In this document: positions 28,432 through 39,529 of the stretch, in pieces
How the letters are laid out: every line of letters begins with the position of its first letter
How positions within the stretch are numbered: position 1 is the stretch's first letter
Origin: Octopus bimaculoides
Taxonomy: Eukaryota
Length of the DNA: 64,000 bases
Assembly (NCBI RefSeq): GCF_001194135.2
Contig: NC_068981.1
Location: forward strand, 14,460,163 to 14,524,162
Reading direction: 5' to 3'
The notes under the pieces: model-generated
Told to the model about the DNA's origin: nothing
Database searches by the model: none
What the model saw: the letters and a program-made list of their open reading frames with translations, nothing else
Position numbers and translations under genes: made by a program

Positions 28432-28564
28432 CTATAGGTATTCTGTTGTTTGAGGCAACGTTGTCTGTCTCGTTGGCCGTGTAGCATGTAAAGGCTGAAG
28501 CTATGACAGTGACAACGATAAACACAGCGGCAATTCCATTTGTCATGTAGCGAAACATCACCAT
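28432..28564 (-). CDS. Putative first coding exon of a secreted or membrane protein (signal-peptide exon); gene identity unknown
   Basis: Manual translation gives MVMFRYMTNGIAAVFIVVTVIASAFTCYTANETDNVASNNRIPI plus one G: a basic n-region, hydrophobic core (IAAVFIVVTVIASA) and NET sequon. It is followed by a consensus donor AG|GTGAGT (28431-28426), phase 1. An in-frame TAG lies 8 codons upstream of the ATG. It is a unique-sequence island inside low-complexity DNA. Acceptor not resolved (candidates CAG at 28640-28638 or TAG at 28594-28592). Confidence 0.62.
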
Positions 28565-29525
28565 TGTCTCCGACTTCTCATCAGTCCACACCTATTTCTT
28601 AGGAAGGCATGCTTGTTTTTTTCTTGTAGGGATTCACCTGTGTGTATCTGTACTTTAACGTATATATAGATATATATATATATATGTATGTAGTGTGTGG
28701 CTGTAAGTGTATGTGTGTGTGTTTATGTGCTAGGTTTCCCTTTAGGTGTAGGTGTATATTTGTATATGGTTGTGTAATAGGTATGAATGTTGTATGTCTA
28801 TCTAGTATCTATATGCGAATTATTAAGTAATTAGTGCAAATATGTATTTTTATTGTTTGTGGGTATTGCAATTTTTGTTCACGTAAGAGTATTGCTGTTG
28901 TAATATATATTCATATATATATAAATATAAACATATATAAGTATATACTTATGTATATACGTATGTATATATACCCATATATTTATATAAATATATATAT
29001 GTCAACATCAGTACATACTTTTTATAACAATTTAAACATATACTAAAAGTTTGAGTTTTATGTAGATTTATTGCCTTATTGTTGCGCTAACGTAAATTCG
29101 GGCGATAACATTTATTCCCAATATAAAAGGGGTATCAAAATACAAGATGGGGAAATCAATCAGATTCCCTCCTTAACAAACAAGAAGTTATTCAGATTCT
29201 TTATGAAAGAAAGTTATGTTTGTCAATATCGATAATAAATATTTTAAAACTTAGCGATGTTTATTAGTATTCTAGTGAAATCGATAATTGTTAAGAATTT
29301 AAATTATTGCTGTCAATTGAAATAAATTTCGAATGTAGAAAATTCAAGGAATATTTCTTTGTTAATATGCCTATGTACGATAAACACAGGTTAATTTGTT
29401 CTTAGTTAATTAGATACACCTTGCAATTTACTTCTGATGAAAGAAAGAAAATATTTTATATAGTTATGAATATTTTCTAGGAGTCCCTCAACTTCATCTC
29501 CTTAAACTCACCATTCATCAATGAC

Positions 29526-29565
<40 letters not shown>

Positions 29566-29969
29566 CTATCAGTATTCTATTGATTCACCTTATTACGTTG
29601 TGCTTTAATACATGTATTTTAACCACCATTTAATTATACGGTTCAAAATATTCACCAAATAATACCATATGAAACTGAAAACGGAAGTTCTATTCTTTAT
29701 AATTTATTTATGTGGAAAGTTTATCTGAAATTATTTGGAATGATTGCAGCTGTACTATTATTCGTGTTTATGATGTTGTCTAACAATTTTTGTTTGCGTA
29801 GTAAATTAATGAGTGTGTATATTTATATATATATATCTATGTAGAGAGCAGTGTATAGATATATATAGATAGAAAGATTATCACTTATAGTTTATTTTTT
29901 ATTGAAATATGTATATTTCGAGGTAAACTAAATTATGTTTATTTCAATGAAACTTTCGAATTCGCAGAT

Positions 29970-31400
29970 GTCGTTACTGCTGCTGTTGTCGCTGTTGCTG
30001 CTGTTGCTGCTTTTGCTACTGTTGTTGTTGTCGCCGCTGTTGTTCTTTTGCCAACAATATTTTGTGCTCCTGCACGTAATTTGTTTATGACAATTACTGA
30101 TGATGGTGATGCTGATGAGATTAATGCTTTTATAAATTGCGGTGATGATGCTATGGGTGTAGGCGTTTACATTTTAATGAGATGGTTAAGTTGAAGGATG
30201 TGGGAACGAGTGATAGATATTTAAAAAAAGTGAAATCTATCCTCAAGTTATCAGTCTGTTTGTCTGTCTTTTACTTAGTCAATCTATCAGCAATTTTTTT
30301 TTTTTTTACTGGATGTCAAAGTATTGACAACATCTACACCAACAACAGCAGCTCACCACACTTTCTACATAGCAATAGCCTTACAACTACAGCAACAACA
30401 AGACCACAACAGCGTCACGGAAAGAAAAACAAAACAGCAGCAAAAGTGGTAATAATAGCAACAACAACAACAGCAGCAGCTGCAGCAATAGCAAATGACA
30501 AAATCCGACAGCAATTTATAACGCAGCTTGTTTCGCGACTGCACTTGCTGCAACTGCTATTGAAAGGAACGAAAACCTCGATAAGTGCGTGTGTATATAT
30601 ACATATATATATACATATATTATTTATAATACACACACAAAAATGTGGATAAGTATATATGTATGTGCGTAGATGAGTAGATTATGTGTGGTGTGTATTT
30701 AAGGCTAATAACACCACGCTACAGCTGCTGATGTTGCTGTTGTTGATGCTACTGCTTCTACTGTCCTTGCTAATACTGCTGTCGGTGTTATTCGTGCTTG
30801 TTGCGCTGCTGCTGCTGTCGCTGTCAGTCAGACCTAACACGGTAGTTATGGGTAGTAAATGATTTTCCTTTCTCCCTTATGTCCTTCCTTCCTCTCTTAT
30901 GTAGAGATGCTTATTTTACTAACTTTTTCCCTTCTCTTTTATCGCTGTATGTATTCCGACTTTGTTTGTTGTTACTTGTAATAAAACAATATCAGCCTAA
31001 ATGTCGACACGTCATTCGCGTTAGCTGTTTGCTAAATAATTGTGATCAGACGACACATTTGAATGACAATTCCGAAAGAAAGAGAGGAAGAAAGCGAAGG
31101 CAGTAGAAAAGAAGTTTTATTCAGGGACAACAACTTCCCCACAGATGATTGATGTTTCACAATCGCGAAAGAGGTGGGGGGATCAACAATCGACAGCGGT
31201 AGCAACAACGATAGCAGCAATAACAACAATCACAGTAGTAGCAGCAGCAAAACGACAACAGCAGCAGCGACAACAAAAACAACAATCGACTCTACAAAAA
31301 TTCTTAATAATCTATAGACACTAACTTCCTATTCTTTTAGTCTAATTTCAGTCAGTATTATTATTGTTATTAAATTATTATTATTATTATTATGATTATT
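29970..31400. repeat. Alternating (GCT/GTT)n and (GCA/ACA)n degenerate arrays, ending in (ATT)n
   Basis: Blocks at ~29970-30130, ~30340-30500, ~30720-30830, ~31190-31290 and ~31355-31400. Confidence 0.85.
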
Positions 31401-33699
31401 AGTATAGATGCACAAGTCTAAACATATATATTATATTTTTGTCCGTTTCATATTTATTCGAAAATTTCTTAATAATGGGAGGTCTCTTTCTCATCGCTAA
31501 TAAAAGATCTGGATTTTACATCGATTGAATTATTTTCTTCAAAGAATGACTCCCTAATCAGCTGTCCCTCTTTTCGCTTTTTCTAACCTGTAAATGCTGC
31601 TAACATTACTGAGAGAATTTTGGGTTGTCTTTCAACTGAAATATTGCAGAAGCATGAAATGTGCCTCCACTACTACAGCTATACAGTTTAAGCCTATACT
31701 GCCACACGCAACACTCAGATGACTACTACACCAGGCACGTGTGCAGCCACTATATATATATATATATATAAATTACGCACACGTATACAGTATAGCAGAT
31801 GGAACTATATCATCTAGCTATGGTTATATTTAATAATGAACATATATAAAATATACGTGAACAGTAGTAATAGTTGTAGTAGTGGATTATTTCTAATTGC
31901 TTTTCACACACTCATTTTCCTTCTGCGTTGAGAAGTTGCTGTTCCTTAAAATCAATTGTTAACTTAAGTCTTACATAAATGTGATTTGGTAAAACATAGG
32001 CAAAAGGCAAGAAAACAATGTATTTAAAAAAGATGGATGAAAATTATGCCTAAAATTAGAGAATGAACTCTATAACCACCATCGATAGCCATAAATGTTT
32101 AGAGAGCTAAATACATACATTGTTGATAATATAAGTAAGAGATTTTACCGTAGCTTAAAATACATACTTGGGTTTAATAAGGAATGTAGTTCTACTAGAT
32201 AAAAAATAAAGATAACTGAAATATGTGTGTATATTTGAAGGTGTAAGAGAATTAACTAAGCATGCAAGGAGATTGTCAGCCAAACAACCTGTTGTCACAC
32301 TACAAACTTGCGCATGCCTGCAAGCATAGTTGTGTGCTTAAGAACGTGTTGTCTCATATAGGAACGTACTCAGCTCTTCGATTTATGACACGGCGTAGAG
32401 CAGGAGGTTCGTCATGAAGAAGTGTAGGGAATTCTATCATATGATTGTATGTATTGATACTTTAGATGTGGAGGAGTCTCATGTGTGCAGTGAACAAGCA
32501 TACACGCTTGTATTTAACCACATGGATTCAGTTAAGTGGGTAATTTAGTAAAGGGAGTGATACATTAAATGATAGATTAAAAATGCATAAAGACAGATTT
32601 ACGAAACAAATGTTGACACGTGCATCAGGAACTATTGCAGAAAAAAATGAATTAAATTTGAATAAAGTTGACAACCAGTTCTAAGTATATTTATCTCAAA
32701 ATATATATAATTGTATTCAAAGTGATATTCTAAATAATTATATTAATGATATGAATAGTAAACTGTTTTAATGGCTAAAAATTCACAATGAGATGAAAGT
32801 TGGAATGGTAGGAAAAGATTGTATAATTTCTTGTATAGTGATGTGTTTAAGTATCTACAGTTATACGTGATTGCACATGGGTATATATATATATACATAT
32901 ATATTTGCTTGAGAAAAGATGTGTTTTAACAGAAAACTAGAGAGGGAGAGAGAGAGAGAGAGATAATAATAATAATAATATATGGAAGCAACAGCAGCAA
33001 AATCTGATCAAGGAAGATAAGTGTGAGCTTTTCAATTGTATTTACCCTAAATTATTTACCAGAGTAACGAAAAGAGCAAGTATGACCAATATGATGAAGG
33101 AAATAATACAAATATACCGGCATTTTAAAATATTGGAATGTCTTTAAAATAATGACATTAATGAAAATGATAATTATTTCCTTACGTTAGAAATCTGTGT
33201 GAGTGATTTAGAATAGGAAAATGTACTGAAGATTGTGTTAATGGCTAAACAGCAACAAGATGGGAGTTGTAATGGGAAGAAAAAATTGTATAATTTAGAC
33301 TATGTTGATCTGTTTAAGTGTCTATATTTATATAGATGTGCGTGCACATGGGTATATGTTTAAGAAGTGTTTCAACGGAAAGAGAGAGGGAGTGAAATAA
33401 ATTGAAAGAGAGAGAGGAGAGAGGGAAAGAGAGAGAGAAATATATAAATAATTGTTATCCAGAATAATTTATCATAAAAATATATAAAATATTTCTATAT
33501 TTATATTAGTGGAAATACTCTTAATTTATATCGCAAACCTTTCTTATTTATCAAATATACTTTCACTTTCCGTTTGTTTGTATTTTTTTTTTAATTATAT
33601 TTTGAATGCATGTTTGGATTTTAGTGTTGGTGTGTGCGCGCGTATGTGTGTGTTGAATAGGTGTTATGGCTATATCACCGCTGTTATTATTACAAGAAT

Positions 33700-35200
33700 A
33701 CTTGTTGTATATGTTATGTTTGAAGTGTTTGGAGTGTATTATTTTGTTTTTTTTTTTTATATTTTCTTTCTTTGTTTCTTTGACAGGCCACTGTTATATT
33801 TGTAGTTTTTGGTGGTACAAGTTTCGCTTGGATGCATCTGTATGCATGCGTCGTCTGGTTGTTGGAACTAAGGTTTACATCCTCGAAATCATTTCGAATA
33901 TATATCCAATAATTTTGCGGTTGCAATGATATTATAAGAAATTTTCGGCTCCACACCGGGTCGTAGGTGGTTCTGTTGGGTAAACTCTCGGTTGCCGTGT
34001 TGTACGACGGCAGAAAAACGCCAGCGTGCTGAATCTACCATTTAGTAAGTAGATACCGCTCGTAACGACCACAGACATGTGTAGTTGGTTTACAACGACA
34101 GTTGCTTTACAAAAGGAAGAGGGTGAAAGAGAGAGGAAAACAACTGGGGTGAAAGGAAGGAGGAAGTGGTAGATAGAGAGTGGGAGACATCGAAGTGAAA
34201 GACGAACAGCTAAAGTTGGAGAGGGAAAGAGAGAAGGAAGAAGAACGGGAGAGTAAAGAGATAGTCTTGAAAGTACAGAGAAAATTTGGTGAGTAGGAAG
34301 CGACGAGAAGACAGAACTAAGCGATGTGCACGAGTGTATTCCCATGTATGCAGCAGCGGTGCGTGCGTGTGTAGCGATGTATGCAAGCGTGAGAGAAAGA
34401 AAGAGTAGAAGAATGGAAGCTGGAAACAAATTTCGACAAGGAAAAACAGAGTGCAGTTGAGGGAAGATTTATCAATAATGGAACCAACTATGTTCTCGGC
34501 TGTGTGGATGCATGGGTGTATTAATGATTGTACGCGTATGTGCACACCTATGTGCGTTTGTGTATGTATGAGTGTGCGGAGATAATGTCGACAGATATAT
34601 ACTGACTGCACTAACGACAGTGAGAAATAAGAGAATATCTAGAGATGTAAAACTAGAGTGTGGTGGGTGAAAGACGGAGGAAATAAAGAAATAGTAATAG
34701 GATGAGAGAGAGGAGACGGGGGCAGTGAAACTGGAAAAACAGGGGATCGAGTTAGAGTTGGAGAAGGAGACAGAGAAGTTATCATCAAATGAGAAGCTGG
34801 AATACGGGCTGAACGTAGCAAACGAATGCACGCATGCGCCACGTTTGCTGACCGTTTTAGGTTTGAAGTAAGCGCATCGCTTTCACAAATCTAAGGAAAT
34901 GAAGATATCTATAGATCTCTGGAAAGAATCAACAACAACAACAAAATCCAAGGGCAACAACAAGTTAAATATTTCAGCGTAAGAGAGAAGGGGACAGCGG
35001 GAGAATGAAAGAGTGGGGAGTTGCAAACTGCCGAAAGAAATTTTATTTCGAAAACAACAACAAAAAAAAGAGGTATTTAAAAATGAAAAACAGTTATGGA
35101 ACATGGTGTTAAAGTGAGGATGACGACACAAATTCGGCCATATTTTAATTAGTGGTATCATAACTTGAAGAGACCATCAGTCGTTATACAGACATGTGAC
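33700..35200 (-). promoter_or_regulatory. Candidate promoter / non-coding 5' exon region of the minus-strand gene
   Basis: Non-repetitive, locally CpG-enriched patches (33940-34080, 34320-34390, 34800-34880) in a strongly purine-skewed plus strand; NRF1/EWG-like GCGCATGCGT (minus 34839-34830); lies 5-6 kb upstream of the signal exon. Inference only. Confidence 0.33.
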
Positions 35201-35560
35201 TATATTCTTCTTGACTAATCCTATCACTTCTATTCTGCTTCTAGAAATATTTTTGTTCTCTCACCATTTCACTAATCTATCTATGCATCTATGTATTTCA
35301 TTATATCACTAAATCTCTCACATAATCTTTTTTTTTCTGTCTCTATGCGTGTGCAAATATCAGTGTGTTCTATATAAACATATATACATAAACTGTTTTT
35401 ATTGTATGAGAGCATGTATATCTAAATGTATGTTGGTGAGTATATGAATCAAGTATGGACACACACATATATATATACTCGTATATCAATGTGTATGTTT
35501 ATACGTTTCTTTCTGACGTGCATAATTGTATTAATTTATTTGTGTACACATATATATATA

Positions 35561-35593
<33 letters not shown>

Positions 35594-36750
35594 ATCTCTA
35601 TGAAGTTATTTAACTATGAGTGTACAGTTAAATAGTCACTCGCACACGGTAGCAAATATATGTATACATATGTTTCATAATATGATCTGTGCTACATCGT
35701 TAGCTTCATCTTTGAGATATGGTCATTCGTGTGTTCTCTCTATCTATCTATCATATATATANNNNNNNNNNNNNNNNNNNNNNNNNNNNNNNNNNNNNNN
35801 NNNNNNNNNNNNNNNNNNNNNNNNNNNNNNNNNNNNNNNNNNNNNNNNNNNNNNNNNNNNNNNNNNNNNNNNNNNNNNNNNNNNNNNNNNNNNNNNNNNN
35901 NNNNNNNNNNNNNNNNNNNNNNNNNNNNNNNNNNNNNNNNNNNNNNNNNNNNNNNNNNNNNNNNNNNNNNNNNNNNNNNNNNNNNNNNNNNNNNNNNNNN
36001 NNNNNNNNNNNNNNNNNNNNNNNNNNNNNNNNNNNNNNNNNNNNNNNNNNNNNNNNNNNNNNNNNNNNNNNNNNNNNNNNNNNNNNNNNNNNNNNNNNNN
36101 NNNNNNNNNNNNNNNNNNNNNNNNNNNNNNNNNTATATATATATATATATATATATGAATAAGCATATCTGTGTGTGTATAAGTATGTGTTATTTCCATA
36201 TTAACAATTATGCTTTTATGGCACAACAAATTCTACATCACTGAACGACTACGATAAGTTGGCAGCAGCGCGGCAGAATCATTTATACAGTGAATATGAC
36301 ATGTCATATTTGGTTATTTCCCTTTACGTTTAGCGTTCAAATCTTAACAGCGTTGAATTTCCAATTTCACTTTTCTAAACTATATTCCATTAGTGCACAT
36401 TTCTTTTATTTCACTCTAGGTACAGTAAAAATGTACAACATTGTTATATAATAGAAAAATAATTTTGTAGATAGGTATCTCAACCTAGAATTAAAGTTGG
36501 TGTTGTGATTTCGATCTATGATATTCTTCGCTACAAGAATATTTGATTCTGTCTAGAAATATATATGCGTAGATTAGCATAATGGCAAAATGAGATGCAA
36601 ATTAGATACATTCATATGATGTTGTTACAAAAACAAATCGTTGAATGAAGTGTGTGTGTGTGATAATTTTATCATTATAGCTACAGTAATCGCTTCATGC
36701 ATCAGACTCCCTCTCTCTCTTTCTCCCACAGAAGCACACACACCTATGTT

Positions 36751-36782
<32 letters not shown>

Positions 36783-37149
36783 AATACACACACATTGATA
36801 AAGATACATAGGTGGTTGTATAGGTAAATAGGTCTATACATGCATTCCTATAAATGTAGAGGTATGTGTAAATTAAATCAACACTCGTGAACATATACAT
36901 CCATGTTCATAAACACACATACGTGTGCACAATGTTGATTAACTATATCTATCTTTATATATAATATATATATATATATAATGCCTCTAGAGACACTTGT
37001 TTGAGTATTTCTATTAGTATAATAAAACATAAAAAAGTAAGAAATATGTATGCGGGCAATCATTGAAAATTTGGAAATGTAACATAACGGATTCATATAG
37101 GAATAGGAGGGAGATGGGTACTCTCACAGTAGCAATGCATGCATAGACG

Positions 37150-37182
<33 letters not shown>

Positions 37183-37591
37183 TATTTGTAAAGATATTGA
37201 AAGAATAAGTGACTACATACAGAACCGTACATAACATATAAAGAGTTTAGTTCAAACTGCAGAGAGAACACGAATATGGCAGGGAACACGTATATCATTT
37301 TAAATATATTTACTTCACTGGTATGCTTTCAAAATACGTGAATGCGTGTAATACTATTCTACTTCGTTGCTTAACGTAACTCAGTATACATTTAGACACA
37401 TAATGAATTCCTGCTTATATACATATATAATCAGACATATATACACCAAGTCGTATATATCAATGCACGTATTAGTATAAATATACATGTATATATACTC
37501 ATGTGAAATAGAGAAACATATTGATACATTCAAGGACGTTTACACACATACATACATGCATGTGTATATAATTATGTATATGACTGTGAAT

Positions 37592-37643
<52 letters not shown>

Positions 37644-37820
37644 GTATATTAGAGGGAGATAGATAGATAGATAGATAGATAGATACTAAAGCGCATCCAA
37701 GTGTAGTGTTAAAAAAATTCCGTCATCCAGAAGGAAGCCAGCTCAGAAGATGGTTGCTGGGAAATGGCTACAAATTCACGGTGATGCCCCAGCATGACTG
37801 ACACACAAAATAACTTAAAT

Positions 37821-37859
<39 letters not shown>

Positions 37860-38495
37860 GGAGATAGATATCTATATATATATTGTGTATGAACATATAT
37901 TTGTGTATGGATATGTATATATATATATATATGTTTGAATATGCTTGCGCGCATATGCATGTATATAAATATATATACACACACACACAGATGGTTGTAT
38001 ATCTGCTTGTAGNNNNNNNNNNNNNNNNNNNNNNNNNNNNNNNNNNNNNNNNNNNNNNNNNNNNNNNNNNNNNNNNNNNNNNNNNNNNNNNNNNNNNNNN
38101 NNNNNNNNNNNNNNNNNNNNNNNNNNNNNNNNNNNNNNNNNNNNNNNNNNNNNNNNNNNNNNNNNNNNNNNNNNNNNNNNNNNNNNNNNNNNNNNNNNNN
38201 NNNNNNNNNNNNNNNNNNNNNNNNNNNNNNNNNNNNNNNNNNNNNNNNNNNNNNNNNNNNNNNNNNNNNNNNNNNNNNNNNNNNNNNNNNNNNNNNNNNN
38301 NNNNNNNNNNNNNNNNNNNNNNNNNNNNNNNNNNNNNNNNNNNNNNNNNNNNNNNNNNNNNNNNNNNNNNNNNNNNNNNNNNNNNNNNNNNNNNNNNNNN
38401 NNNNNNNNNNNNNNNNNNNNNNNNNNNNNNNNNNNNNNNNNNNNNNNNNNNNNNNNNNNNNNNNNNNNNNNNNNNNNNNNNNNNNNNNNNNNNNN

Positions 38496-38602
38496 ACTAG
38501 GCTTCCAAAGAATAAGACCTGGGGTCGATTTGCTCGACTAAGGGCGGTGCTTCAGTATGGCCGCAGTCAAATGATTGAAACAAGTAAAAGAGTAAAAGAG
38601 TA
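38496..38602 (+). mobile_element. SINE family A, 3' tail (5' part lost in gap)
   Basis: CTAGGCTTCCAAAGAATAAGACCTGGGGTCGATTTGCTCGACTAAGGGCGGTGC...AAACAAGTAAAAGAGTAAAAGAG closely matches the reverse complement of 61158-61270. Confidence 0.85.
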
Positions 38603-39308
38603 TATGTACATTCGTGTACGAGCATACATTTTTGCGCGCGCGCACACGCACCTCTTTAGGGATATATAAGTATTTCATGTCTGTAGATGCATACATGCAT
38701 TATATATAAAGATATATATCTATATATATATATATATATATATATANNNNNNNNNNNNNNNNNNNNNNNNNNNNNNCTAGGTACAAATACATGTGCTCTT
38801 GGTGAAATGAAACATTGTAGACTTCAAGTACTCAAGTACTGTGCATCTGCAAGTATTCAAATTTTAACCCTCGATCTGTTTTGCCAGTGGATTCTTGGCG
38901 TGTCGCCCATACAATATAGTGAACACGAGTGGCAGTTTGAATTTCCAACACATGCTTCGGTAGAAGTCTCTTTAATATAATGCAGTTCATCATCGTCAGG
39001 TAAAATCCTATCTGTTTAAAATTTTAGATGACGTTGGGCTATATCTTTTGATGTAATCTTTTACAACTACATCAAATCAAATCCCATCGAAACAGCTGTT
39101 ATGAATTTTAAACAGCATTCGTGTTTACTGATATTTATATAAGCTTTTAGGTGATTAGTTCCCCTTTATTACTCAAGATTACCACTGTGTTGTTGACTAT
39201 AATTATGTCATTGAATCTTCTGATAGCTTGTTTACATCTTTGAATTTAATATACTTGTAAAGGTTTTATATTTTCTTAATTCGTCTAGGCAGGTTCAGGC
39301 ACAAAATA

Positions 39309-39529
39309 TATTATTTTCTACTCCAGGAGCAGGGCCCGAAGTTTTTTGGGGAGGGGACCAGTCAATTAGATCGACCTCCATTACACAAATGTTACTTAAT
39401 TTATCGACTCCGAAAAGTTGAAAAGCAAAGTCGACCTCGACGAAATTTGAACTCAGAACATAAAGACTGACGAAATACCGCTCAGCATTTCGCTCACGAT
39501 GCTAAACTTTCTGCCTGGCTCGCCGCCTT
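39309..39529 (-). mobile_element. tRNA-derived SINE (family B), near full length
   Basis: Minus-strand head GGCGGCGAGCCAGGCAGAAAG..., B-box-like GAGTTCAAATTTC, tail ...GGAGTAGAAAATAA. Confidence 0.85.

Noticed and set aside
30182-30652. 156-aa ORF with Ala/Thr/Gln runs
   Set aside because: Composed of trinucleotide repeats and poly-T/YI stretches; no domain or splice support.
33932-34831. Overlapping Ser/Leu/Phe/Pro-rich minus-strand ORFs (165, 133, 119 aa)
   Set aside because: Expected from CT-rich low-complexity DNA; several frames are open at once and none shows a domain.
33700-35200. Conserved bilaterian or molluscan microRNAs
   Set aside because: I saw no match to mature miRNA sequences I know and no ~60-nt hairpin by eye; a lineage-specific miRNA cannot be excluded without small-RNA data.
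38840-39025. Minus-strand open stretch DRILPDDDELHYIKETSTEACVGNSNCHSCSLYC after an AAACAG acceptor
   Set aside because: Weak donor, no family recognised, and it lies upstream of the exon with its own initiator; cannot be supported without RNA-seq.
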